Below are positions 22,112-37,501 of a DNA stretch of 64,000 bases, piece by piece. This DNA comes from Protoeuglena noctilucae (lineage: Eukaryota), in assembly GCA_958009085.1 (NCBI GenBank), contig OY253679.1:372001-436000 (forward strand), given 5' to 3'. The position numbers and the translations under genes are program-made. A model generated the notes under the pieces. The model saw nothing but the letters and a program-made list of their open reading frames with translations, ran no database searches and had not been told where the DNA came from. Every line of letters begins with the position of its first letter. Within the stretch, counting starts at the first letter, position 1.

Positions 22112-25100
22112 ATGTTCGCCCTCGCGGTCCACGCACCCGTCGCGGCTGCGCCGCAGCAGCGGGCTCCGGTCCGCCGGGCGACCCTTCGGGCCGCTCCCCG
22201 CGCCCGCAACGTCTCGGCCCGCGGGAAGGGCGCCACGTACACCGTGACCCCCGTCCAGGCCGACACCGTCAACGGCGTGAACCAGGAGCTCGTCCAGAAG
22301 TGCATCAATGCCATCAGGTGGGCCCGGGGCCCGGGGGCGATTGATCACGGGACGGCGTGGGGCCCCCGACCTCCGACACGTCGATTGCGGATCGGACGCG
22401 CTGCCGCAACGCCCCGCGCGCACCCGGGGCCCCCCCTTGCGTCCCCAGGTTCCTCGCCATCGATGGGGTGAACAAGGCCAACTCCGGCCATCCCGGGTGC
22501 CCAATGGGGTGCGCTCCGATCGCGTACGTTCTCTACAACGAGGTCATGAACCACAACCCGTCCAACCCCAAGTGGGCGAACCGCGACCGCTTCATTCTCT
22601 CGGCCGGGCACGGCTCCATGCTCCAGTACGCCATCATGCACCTCGCCGGCTACAAGTCCGTCGGGGTGAGTGCGCGGCGCGTGTCGGGGGGGCTCCGGGG
22701 GCCCCGGGGCGGGGTGCTGGAATCGTGTTCCCCCTTTCGCGGGGCCCGCCCGGCGCCCCCGGGGGCGATGGGGCGGCCTGGCCATCCGTGGACGCTGCCT
22801 TGGACGCGGATGTCGCCGCTCGGGGGGCGGAGGGAGGGCCAGGGGGTCCCGGGGCGACGCGCGGGCCCCGTTTCCCCGCCCCAGATGGACGACCTGAAGT
22901 CCTTCCGCCAGCTGAACTCCAAGACGCCCGGCCACCCCGAGAACTTCGTGACGGAGGGCATCGAAGTGACGACCGGTGCGTCCCCGTTCTGCTGCGCGCG
23001 CAGGGCCCGGGCGGCGGATAATGGCCGGCCCCCCTGGCTCCGGGACCGGCCGCGATGGCCAGGCATCGGGCCCGCCGATCGCGCAGCGCGCCGTGAATCG
23101 ATCTCGCGCGCGATCGTCCGCCCGCCGCAGGTCCCCTGGGGCAGGGCATTGCCAACGCGGTGGGCATGGCGCTGGCCGAGAAGCACCTCGCGGCCCGCTT
23201 CAACAAGCCGGGGATGGACCCCGTGGTCGACCACTACACGTACGTGATCATGGGCGACGGCTGCAACATGGAGGGCATCTCGTCCGAGGCGGCGTCGCTG
23301 GCCGGCCACTGGGGCCTGGGCAAGCTAATCGCCTTCTACGACGACAACCACATCTCGATCGACGGCAACACGGAGATCTCGTTCACGGAGGACGTGGCGG
23401 CGCGCTACGAGTCGATGGGCTGGCAGGCGATCCACGTCAAGGACGGCAACACGGACGTCAACGCCATCCGCAAGGCGGTGGAGGCGGCCAAGGCGGTCAA
23501 GGACAAGCCCACGCTCATCAAGGTCACCACGCTCATCGGCTACGGCTCCCCCAACAAGGCCGACACGCACGACGTGCACGGCGCCCCGCTCGGCGCCGAC
23601 GAGACGGCCGCGACCCGCAAGAACCTTGGCTGGGAGTACGGCCCCTTCGAGGTGCCCAACGACGTGTACGACGCCTTTAAGTTCGCCACCAAGAACGGCG
23701 CCGAGAAGGAGGCCGCATGGCACGCCAACTGGAAGAAGTACCAGGAGAAGTTCCCCAAGGAGGTGAGCTGGGGTGCTGGATGGGAGACAATTGAGCGACA
23801 ATGCGGACGAACGGGGTTGTGCTTTGAGGGGCACGGAGGGTGGCAGGGCGGTGGGTGATGGGGTGGGGGGGTTGGGCGATAGTCGGGGTGGCGCGAGAGT
23901 GGGCAGAGGGTGGCGGTGGCGCTAGGAGCGCGGTCATGGGCTGTCTGGGGTCAAAGCGGATGGTAGATACAGCGGGGACGCCACCCCACGCGCTTGCCGC
24001 CCACTCACTTGCTCAGCCCTGTGTGTGACCTGCGACCTGCCAACCCCGCAGGCGGCTGAGCTCGAGTCCATCACGACGGGCAAGTTCCCCGCTGACTGGG
24101 AGAAGGCTCTCCCGACCTTCACGCCCGAGGACAAGGGCCTCGCCACGCGCCTGCACTCCCAGGTGCGTGCGTGTCGTGGGTCCTTGCAGCCACGCGCGAC
24201 TGCGTGCAACAGCTGGGCGGCCCTCACTGTCGCCGAGTGTGTGCTATGCTTGACTGCGGCTCTTTCAGGCCCTCACTGCTGACGCGAGGCTGTCAATGAG
24301 TACCGCCCTCGTCGCCACTCCTTGAACTCCCCTAGTGCTCCGCGCGGCGTCTGCCACCGCTCCTCACCACCCGCACCCCCCTTTCCCGCAGACGATGCTC
24401 AACGCCCTGGCGCCCGTGGTGCCCGGCCTCATCGGCGGCTCGGCCGACCTGGCCCCGTCCAACATGACGCTCATGAAGATGTTCGGGGACTTCCAGAAGG
24501 ACACCCCGGCGGAGCGCAACGTGCGCTTCGGCGTCCGCGAGCACGCCATGGGCGCCATCTCCAACGGCATCGGCTTACACTCGCCCGGCTTCGTGCCCTA
24601 CTGCGCCACCTTCTTCATCTTCACCGACTACATGCGCAACCCCATGCGCATGGCCGCCCTCTCCGAGGTGAGACGTTATGCGTTACATCATTGTCTGCGG
24701 TGCGGCAGGACGTGGAACGCAGCCCGGAAGATGGGACCTGTTTGGGGCGAGCCTGCCCCACCTTGGCGATGCGTCGCAAGCGCACATGGTCTTGGCAAAT
24801 ATAAACGGACTTGGCCACTCACATCGAATTGCGCCGCACCTTGTCGCTTCTGTCGACTCGCTCTCGACACCACCCCGCCTCCCCCCCCCACCCGCCCCTT
24901 GCAGTGCGGCACGGTCTTCGTGATGACGCACGACTCGATCGGCCTGGGCGAGGACGGCCCCACGCACCAGCCCGTGGAGCACCTCGCGTCCTTCCGCGCC
25001 ATGCCGAACATGCTCATGATGCGTCCGGGCGACGGCAACGAGACGGCGGGCGCCTACGCGGTGGCGGTGGCGAACCGCAAGCGCCCCACGACCATCGCCC

Positions 25101-25543
25101 TCTCTCGCCAGGGCATGCCCAACCTCCCCGGCACCTCCGTTGAGGGCACCAAGAAGGGCGGGTACATCGTGCACGGCACGCCCGCGGGCCAGACCCCGGA
25201 CGTGATCATCATGGGGACGGGGTCGGAGCTGTGCATGGCGGTGGATGCCGCCAAGAAGCTCGAGGCGGAGGGCAAGAAGGTCCGGGTGGTGTCCATGGTG
25301 TGCTGGGAGCTGTTCGAGGAGCAGGATGCGGCCTACAAGGAGTCGGTGCTGCCCAAGGCGGTGCGGGCGCGCGTGTCGGTCGAGGCAGGGTCGTCTTTCG
25401 GCTGGTGCCGGTTCCTGGGGGACAAGGGGCACCACGTCGGCATCGACTCGTTCGGCGCCTCCGCGCCCGCCCCGGCGCTCTACGACATGTTCGGCATCAC
25501 GGTCGACAACGTGGTGAAGGCCGCCAAGGCCTCCATGGCGTAA
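22112..25543 (+). CDS. TKL: Transketolase, chloroplast precursor, multi-exon
   Basis: [40 protein letters not shown] (ThDP motif), [25 protein letters not shown]-terminal transit peptide. Confidence 0.98.
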
Positions 25544-26066
25544 AGGTGTTTCTGACAGACGGTGCTCTGACAGTCGGTGGGCAGGGCGATCGGGGGCCTT
25601 GCTGCAGGGAGCGAGGGGCTGGGGTGCAGGGGACGGCGCTGGGGCGAGGGGCCGATGTGGCCGACGCGCGCCGCGCAGTTTGATTGGCGAGCGCAGTGCG
25701 CGTGGGTGAGCCCCACCGAAGGCCGGCCTGGCCCTAGCGCTAGTTACGGCCGACTGCCGAGCTGCGTGCTCGCGCGGCCGCGTCCTCGTTGAACAGACAT
25801 GCGACTTGGCTGAAGCAGGGCTGCGTGGGCGCCAGCATTGGCGCACGGCTGGCGTTTCGCACGTGACAGCGAGGGACGGCACCTTTTGCTGGCCCGTGCA
25901 GACAGCCCCTGCCAATCCGTGCGGGTTCGCCAGTGTGACAGCCACTGCCGTGCGCAGAAGCAACCAGAGTGTCGTGACATTCTGCTACGAGTCAACACCC
26001 AGCTGCATTTGGATGCTCGAGCGAGCTTTCTGAGCAGCCCGCCGTGTCTGGCGGAGAGCGTTAGAC

Positions 26067-29000
26067 ATGGGGGACGAAGTCGCGTGCTTGTTCGCGCTCG
26101 GAGCGCAGCTGCGTGCGGAGAGGCGCCCGTTGCACGCCGTCAAGGCGTACGAGGCCATTTGCATCAGCAACAGGGCTCTTCCGAGGGACGAGGTGCGATA
26201 AGCGCATTTTGAACTCGACAAACTGTATGTTGCAGATATCGCGGCGGTCCAGATTGGGATACGTGCGATGAGCGAGGGGCCTGCGCTGGACTGTGGAGGG
26301 AAGGCCCGCTGCGCCTCTGCCGCAGGTTAGAGCACGCCTTCACATCGCCGACATCCTGCTTGAACACACATACAACGCTCTGGAGGCAAAGACGCATGCG
26401 GACCGCGCGCATCTGGTCAGGCGAGGGGCCAGACACGCAGGCACAAACGAGCTCGAGGCTGCGCACTCGGACCACGGCGTGTCTTGTGCTGATCACGTTA
26501 CATACAAACATTCGTTTGCAGCGTCGGGAGGTCGTCTGCAACCGTCCCGTGGAGCCTGCGGTGCTGGCTGGCGGATGTGCAGGGCCGGTGCTGCCGCACC
26601 GTGTGCTCGGGAGCGGAGGAGCTGCAGGTGCGCTTTTTCACTGAAACTAGCTTGCTTGGACCGACAACATGCTGGTTTGCTGCCTAGAGCTGCGCCATCG
26701 CTGTACAATCGGCGGCATCGAGGCAAGGCCGATGCCGCTGCCCATGCTGCGCACCCCGGCGCCGCACAGGCGCTCGAGCGGGGTCTGGAGGCGTGCGGAA
26801 AGGAGGATGAGACGTTCAAGATGCGGGACGTGGCGGAGTGGCGATGCCGGCTGTCTCTGCAGGCCTGCCGGGCCCACCTCGCCCCTTGCGATGCGAAGTC
26901 CGAAGCGTCCGCGTCGCGCGCGGCCGACCTGGCCGGCGCTGCAGCTGCAGAAATGGAGCGCGCAGGTCACACGGACCTCGCGGCCTTGGCCCGCGTCCAC
27001 GCCGCGCAGGCTGCGCTGGTGGCAGGGGAGCTGGCGGACGCAGCAGGGCATCTCACCTCCGCGAGCGACCTCCTGGCGTCCTCTCCCGTAGGCTCCGCAG
27101 CCATTAAGGCACACGTGGAGCTCGTGCAGAGGCGAGCGGGACGTGCAGGACGCTGGCCGTGACTGCTGCACCAGACCCGATCTGCGCTGCTAGTGCCAGC
27201 ACGCTGCGATCGCTGCAGCTGTCCTGGGCGATTTGTTGTGATGACGCGCTTTCCACTTGTCTCCTGCAGGTTGCTGCACCTGCTCCTGGCTCTGCAGGAC
27301 GGCACGGGCCGCGGGGCGCTGTCTGCGGCCGTGCGCAGTGCAGCAGAAGCGTGCGAGGCGGTGGTGGTGCTCTCGCAGGGCAGCGACGGGGCGCGCGGGA
27401 CGGAAGGGCCGTCGACGGAGACGTGGGAGTGCGTCCTGTACCTGGCATCGGCTGCCGTGGCGCTGCCCGAGGGGAAAGGCGAGCGACACGCAATGCCGGG
27501 CATACCGGTCACGGCACGTTCTCAAGCGTAGTATTGGATATACAAGCACCCCAGGATGTGCCGAGGACACGACTTGTAAGACCTATGACGTTATCCCTAT
27601 CACATTATATCTCTGATCACTTGCAGAGGGGACGTTGGAAAAAGCGGAGGCGGACGCCCAGCGGGGATTGGAGGCCAACACAGAGGGCCTGGCCAAGTTG
27701 GGCGTGGCCTGGCCCCCGCCCTCGCCACCAGCAGAGGTCCCCATGCACGACGGTCGCATCGGCGGCGAAGCAGGTGCGGTTCGCGGCTAGCTAACCGTGT
27801 CTTCTGCTTATCAGGGGACCCCAGAGCTGAGCCCCTTACGTGTGGGAGTGATTGCCAATGGGTCCTTAAGGGCTTCTGCGATCCTGATATGGGCCTGACC
27901 CCAAGTATTTACACTGAACCTAGCCTCACTTGCGATGCAGGCGATGCCGCCGTCGCCTCTCCCCACGCCTCCGCACCCGCGCCGCCATCGAACGGGGACG
28001 CCAGTCACCTCCGCAACGGCACGGCTTCTGTCAGGCACCCATCCCATGGCCTGCCGCTGCCAGTGCACCACCCGCGGGCGGGCGGCGCAGCGGTCCTGGC
28101 AGAGCTGCGCTTCTCTCTCTTGGAGATCCTGGCTCAGGCGCAGCTGACGCGGGTCGGCGTCAGGTGCGGGCGCCAGGGAGGGGAGCGGGGCGCGTGCTGC
28201 CAGTGCGACTGTGTGGGGTTGTGCGTGCCGTGCAGTGCCAGCCTGGGTTTGCAGAACGCGTAGCACGCTTGCACAACCTGTTTGCCACCCGCAACCCTCT
28301 TGCCATCCCCAGGGAAGCCCTTGGGTCAGTACAGGAGATGATGCAGCTGCTCTCGACCTTCCACCCCCCGCCGCCCCACCTCCTCGCCCGCCTGCACCTC
28401 GCCTGCGGCCTGCTGGCCCACACCGCGGGCCGCGTCCCCATCGCTACTCGGCACTTTGCGGCCGCCGCCCGCCACGCCCCGCCCGCCACTCGCCTGGGGC
28501 GCCTGGCCCGCGCTTACCAGGCCCTCGCACATCTGGAGTCAGGGCCTGACGGTCTGGGTCCCGCCATGGAGGGCCTGACTCAGGTGGCGTCAGCCGAGGC
28601 GGAGGGGGCGCCGAAGGGCCCGGACGATGGGCTGGCGGTGCTCTACGCACGGGCACTGGCAGCTGCGGTGCGGGAGGGGCGCGGGGGCGGCGGGGAAGGG
28701 GCCGGGGAGGCGGTGCGGCTGCTCAAGTGAGTGGCTTACACGGCAGGGGCATCGGGTGTGGCGATGCCTGTGGGTGGTGGTGGTGCATGGATTGCGTATG
28801 TGGTGCACCGACATTGCTGCATAAGCTGCATTCTGGTGCATGTCCGGTGTGTCCCACATATAACTCCTCATGTAATTTGGTTTCTCTGTCGAGATTGGTA
28901 CTTTGCACAAGGGATTGATCCATGCGCACACCCCTTCTTTCATCCTTGCAGAGAAGCCCTCAAGTCTGCCCACAAGCACCTGGGCGTGGCGCAAGTGACG

Positions 29001-29632
29001 CTCCACGTCATGACGCAGATGGCAGCCGTGGATTTGGCCAAGGGTAACGCAGCGGTGGCGCAGGAGTACGCCAAGACGGCCGTGCTGATGGCGGACCCCA
29101 AAGACATCCTCGGGCAGCTGGGGGCCATGCAGGTGACTGTGTATGACTGGGTGATATGCTGGGGAATGGGTGGTGGGGGTGCGATGCAGGCGACTGCGTT
29201 GTGGGCGTCCCATTCTAAATTGCCCTTGGCTGCTAATGATGGCTAGAAGTGTTGCGTTCCCATCGCGACAGCCATTCTGCTGTCCATCTCAGGTGGTGGT
29301 CCCTGCGATGGAGGCCCAGAAGGAGTCGCATGCAGCGGATGTGGCGAGCACACAGGTGAGCGGCGATGCTCATGGCAGCTGGCAAGGGTGGCAGCCCCAC
29401 ACAGCAACAGCCGTGGTGCCGACGAGGCCTGTGGTATTGTCAGTGCCTGCGTGCACTGGGCGTCACTCCATTCTGACAACCAACCCCTTTCGTGCTTCGT
29501 GCTCCGCAGGCGTGGGTGAGGGACCAGCGGTCCACCGTGGAGTCCTCGGTGGCGGCCGCACAGAGGGACGTTTACTGGCATGAGGTTCTGGCGTTTGGGT
29601 TGGGCGACGAGGAGGAAGAGAGCGACGGATGA
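26067..29632 (+). CDS. MAU2: Cohesin loader subunit MAU2/SCC4-like TPR protein, multi-exon
   Basis: N-terminus AVKAYEAIC...LPRDE|VRARLHIADILLEHTYNALEAKTHADRAHL matches the MAU2/SCC4 pattern; helical repeats downstream (ARLHLACGLLAHTAG...ATRHFAAA); internal exon boundaries partly uncertain. Confidence 0.82.
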
Positions 29633-29844
29633 GGGGGGGCATTTGGGAGGGGGCTCGGCCAGCTTAGATAAACGCAGCTGTGTGTGGAGGGGCACGTTTG
29701 TTTGGACTATCAGCGACAAATTGCCATCGCCACGCTGTCCGCTACACGCTTCACATTCAAAGGCCAGCCGCTTGCGGGGCACAACAACTGCTTCCACGCG
29801 TGCGCTGGCTTGTGATTAGCCAATTCCATTGACTATCGCCCGTC

Positions 29845-33803
<3,959 letters not shown>

Positions 33804-34160
33804 CTCGAGCCCTCAGTAAGTCGCCCGCGGGGTGGCCCCGGGAGTTTGCCGGCCCCGCGCGCCGGACGAGCCTGTTGCTCAGCAACGTCCCTGACCGTGA
33901 CGTATAGCGGGCGGCGAAGAGACCTGGTGTAAGGAATGGGTGCAATGGACGTCGCCTCACAAGCGGAGCGCGGCTGTGTGGGGCCCGGGGGGGCGGGGTG
34001 GCAGGTATAGGAAAGCCCGCCCTCCGGTTCAAACGACCATCTTACAGCTGACCCCGCCTGACTTCGCCGGCTCGTCTAGCGGCCCACACTCTAATGTTAA
34101 TGATAACTTGTTCCATCGCTGCGTCTCGACCGTTCCTCGGGGCCTGCAAACGGCGACGCT

Positions 34161-35682
34161 CATGGCCGCCCACAGTGCGCGCGTCAGGAGCGCGCCCGCG
34201 CGCGAAGACTCCGTTGATGCCGCCGCATTCCGGCCGACGCGAGAGGGGGCGCTTGTGCGCTTCGGCACCCGCATCGGCGCGGCCGTCCGCCACGTCGAGA
34301 GCCACGCAGCCCAACTCCAGTGCGTGGCCATGCGGACGGCGTTGCGGCGTGTCTGCGCGGAAAAGCCTGTCCATCCTTGGTCCTCAACCTCTGTAATGAC
34401 CCCGTGATGCAGGCTGCGGAGCGAGGGGCTGGAGGGTCAGCTGGAGGAGGCCCAGCAGCGGGCGCAGCGGGCGGAGAGGGAGGCGTTTGAGTGCAACGAG
34501 GCATTGGTCGAGCGCGACGCGTGCATCCGAAACCTGCGCGAACGACTAACGTATGCTGAGGCGGAGCTGCAGCGAGAGGCGGCTCAGAGGTGAGATGGGA
34601 GGCCCTCTGCCAGGGGCGGGGGCAGAGGCTTACGCGTGTGCTGAGCCATGACAAGCAGACGGCAGCAGCGCGCTCCCCTGCAGGGAAGCGGACCGCCGGG
34701 ACTTTGACCGCGAGAAGCAGCGCATTCTGAGCGAGGCTGCGTCCGCGAGCGGCCAGGCAAGCACGGCGGCGGAGGAGGCACAAAGGGTGACACGGGACCT
34801 GTGCCGCTTGTTGCGCGAGGACGGGGCCGGGGATGGGAGCGGGGGTGGTCTGAACTTGGTTCAGGCCGTCGTAGCGACAGAGCGGGCCATGAACGCTCTC
34901 ACGGCCCGCTGCGTGGCGCTGGAGGCATCCCGGGCCGACCACGAGCGGGCGCTGCAGCAGAGCGAGCGTCACGTGCAGCTCCTGCTCAAGCACAAGGGCC
35001 GGCTGCTGGACGAGGTCTCATCGCTGAAGCGTCAGGTGGCGGAGCTACGGCAGCGAGAAGCAGCCCGCGCCGCCAGGGCCTCCCTCGAGTCCCGTCGCAT
35101 GCGTGGGGCGGTTGGGCAGCACTTGCAGGAGCCGGGGGCACCGGTGGCGAAAGGCGCGGAGGGGTCTACGGCACCCAACAGCCCAGAATGCACCGTCCTG
35201 GAAGGTGAGGGGGTGATGCCCGTCGCTGATGCACACATGACGACGGTGCGCCCCGCCTCAGCAGATGCCCTGACTCTGTCGCAGATAGCCCAGCGGGCGA
35301 TGCGCCCTCGCCTTGCGTTCGACCTGCGGCGGAAGTGGGCGAGACGGGGAGCGACGGGGGAGCTGACAGCGTGGCAGGCGTGGCGAGGCGCGCAGAGCCA
35401 AGGGAGGTGCCGCGTGGCAAGAGGGTGCAGCAAATGGGTGTATCCGAGCACGGTGGGGAGCGAGCTGGGCCGGGGAAGGTCGCCGCCACGCACACGCGGC
35501 GGGCGGGCAACGGCGGCGACGTGGCTCGGCAGGCGCGGGTACGTGAGGCCATTGGCAAGGCGATGGCGTTGCGAGAGTTGCGGGCTGCGTCCGGCCAAGC
35601 CCCTCAGCCGCGCAGGGTGGCCGTGATGCTCGATCTCTTTGGGTGCAAGTGGGACGACGTGCTCACGTCAGACTCAGACTAG
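34161..35682 (+). CDS. Hypothetical coiled-coil protein, multi-exon
   Basis: Heptad-like ORF segments (ERAMNALTARCVALEASRADHERALQQSERHVQLLLKHKGRLLDEVSSLKRQVAELRQRE) with plausible splice sites; exon structure uncertain. Confidence 0.5.
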
Positions 35683-35882
35683 GCAGGGTGCATGCGTGAG
35701 GGGCTGCGTGACTGTTGAAGGTGCTGCGTGGGCCCAAAGGTCACCCTTAGCGGAGTGGTTTACATCTAGATCGTGTCTTCAACCCTCAGGCGCGATTGGA
35801 AGCCTAAACGACACTCACGCCAGGTCTCTCAATTTCTAGGGCCACAGTAGCATGGTAGCACGATATACAACCCCACGGTCGC

Positions 35883-37021
35883 TCATTCCTGGGTCAGGAC
35901 CCCTTTGGAGGACGCCACGGTGCCCTGCCGCCGGGGATCTGCCTCCGTGGCCTGCCGGAGCGCCCGCGCGAACGCCTTAAACGTCGCCTCGATGATGTGG
36001 TGCGTGTTGCTGCCCTCCAGCAGGTGGATGTGCAGCGTCATGCCCGAGGTGTTGACCATAGACTGGAAAAAGTGCTCCACCTGCGGGAGAGAGAAACATT
36101 ATTCGCGTAAAAGAGGTGCAGAAGACGATCGAGGTCTGAACGCGCGGTTCACGCCTCACCAGCTGCGTGTCGTACGTGCCGACGCGCTCCGTGGGCATGG
36201 GCACTTTGAACGTGAGGTGCGGGCGGCCGGAGAGGTCCAGCACTACGCGAACGAGCGCCTCATCCAGGGGTGCAGTGAAGTGCCCGAAGCGATTGATCCC
36301 CGCGCGGTCCCCCAACGCCTGGCTCAGCGCCGTCCCGAGTGCCAACCCGATGTCCTCGTTCGTGTGGTGGTCGTCAATGTGGGTGTCGCCCTGCAGTGCA
36401 GCAATGGGGGCGGCAGCTGAGAGTGTGGGACACCCGCGGAGGCAGCCTACACGCCCGGCTGCCAATCCGCAGCGCCAGGTAACAGGACGGAAGCGAAAAG
36501 CAGAGAATGCATCGCGGTCGGCGCGCGTCGCCGCCCACCTTGGCCGTCACAGTCACATTGAACAGCCCGTGCGAAGCGAGCTGGTCCATCATGTGGTCCA
36601 GGAACGGAATGCTCGTGTCCGCCGCGCAGATCCCCGTCCCATCGATGTTCAGCGTCACCTCCACGTCCGTCTCCTTAGTCGTGCGGCGCACGGTGCCCGT
36701 CCGCAGCCTCGATGCCGACGGGGCCGCGACTGCGGGATTGCGCGGGCGTGGGGAGCCATGCGACACAGGGTGAGTTAACAATACATAGAGTATCCCGAAT
36801 TCAGCACGGTAACGGAGTCCGAGCGGCTGTGTGGATGGGGAAGTCATGGAACAAGTCCAAGCACAAATCCCGCGCCCTGGGAGAGCCGTTCCGTTGCTCT
36901 CGCCTTTCTCCGCCTGCATGACCACCAAGGCTCGACTCCGCACGTAGCTGCTGGCCACGCCTCCCCGCGGTTTTGCGGATTTACACAGGCACACTCGGGG
37001 CGATTGCAACGCGGCCGACAT
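35883..37021 (-). CDS. IGPD: Imidazoleglycerol-phosphate dehydratase, plastid precursor
   Basis: [75 protein letters not shown]. Confidence 0.97.
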
Positions 37022-37501
37022 CGCCAATTCCTGCGACGTATGGGTCCCTGGAGCGGCGCACACGACTCCTCCACGACAAATCTGAGTGTCGAGGCCCGTG
37101 ACCGTGGATAGAAACAATTCCCCGCGCTTGCAGGGCGTGACCTACTGCCAGTCGCGCTCAGAGCGGGCGCGCGTCCGACCATCCGGCCCGTCTCGAGCAC
37201 CCTTCGTGTCTATGGTTACCGATTCTTTCGTCCTGACTGGCCGATCTGCAATCGGGTGCACAGGGCGGGAGGCGGTCGAATGCAGGCGCTTGCATCGAGG
37301 GCAGGTGCGATGGGCGCCTAAGGCGCGGTGTGTGGGAACTTGGGGCTGTTTGCGACTGGCCCATTCCTCCATCGGAGCTTTTCCACCCGGATCGGACCCG
37401 ATGTCTCGCTAACAGACCCCTGGACCGCTCCACGCCTTCCTCGCGTCCGTTTCGGCACCGCCCATTGTTCCTGTGACTTCATTGCATGTAGCTTTCCGTC
37501 G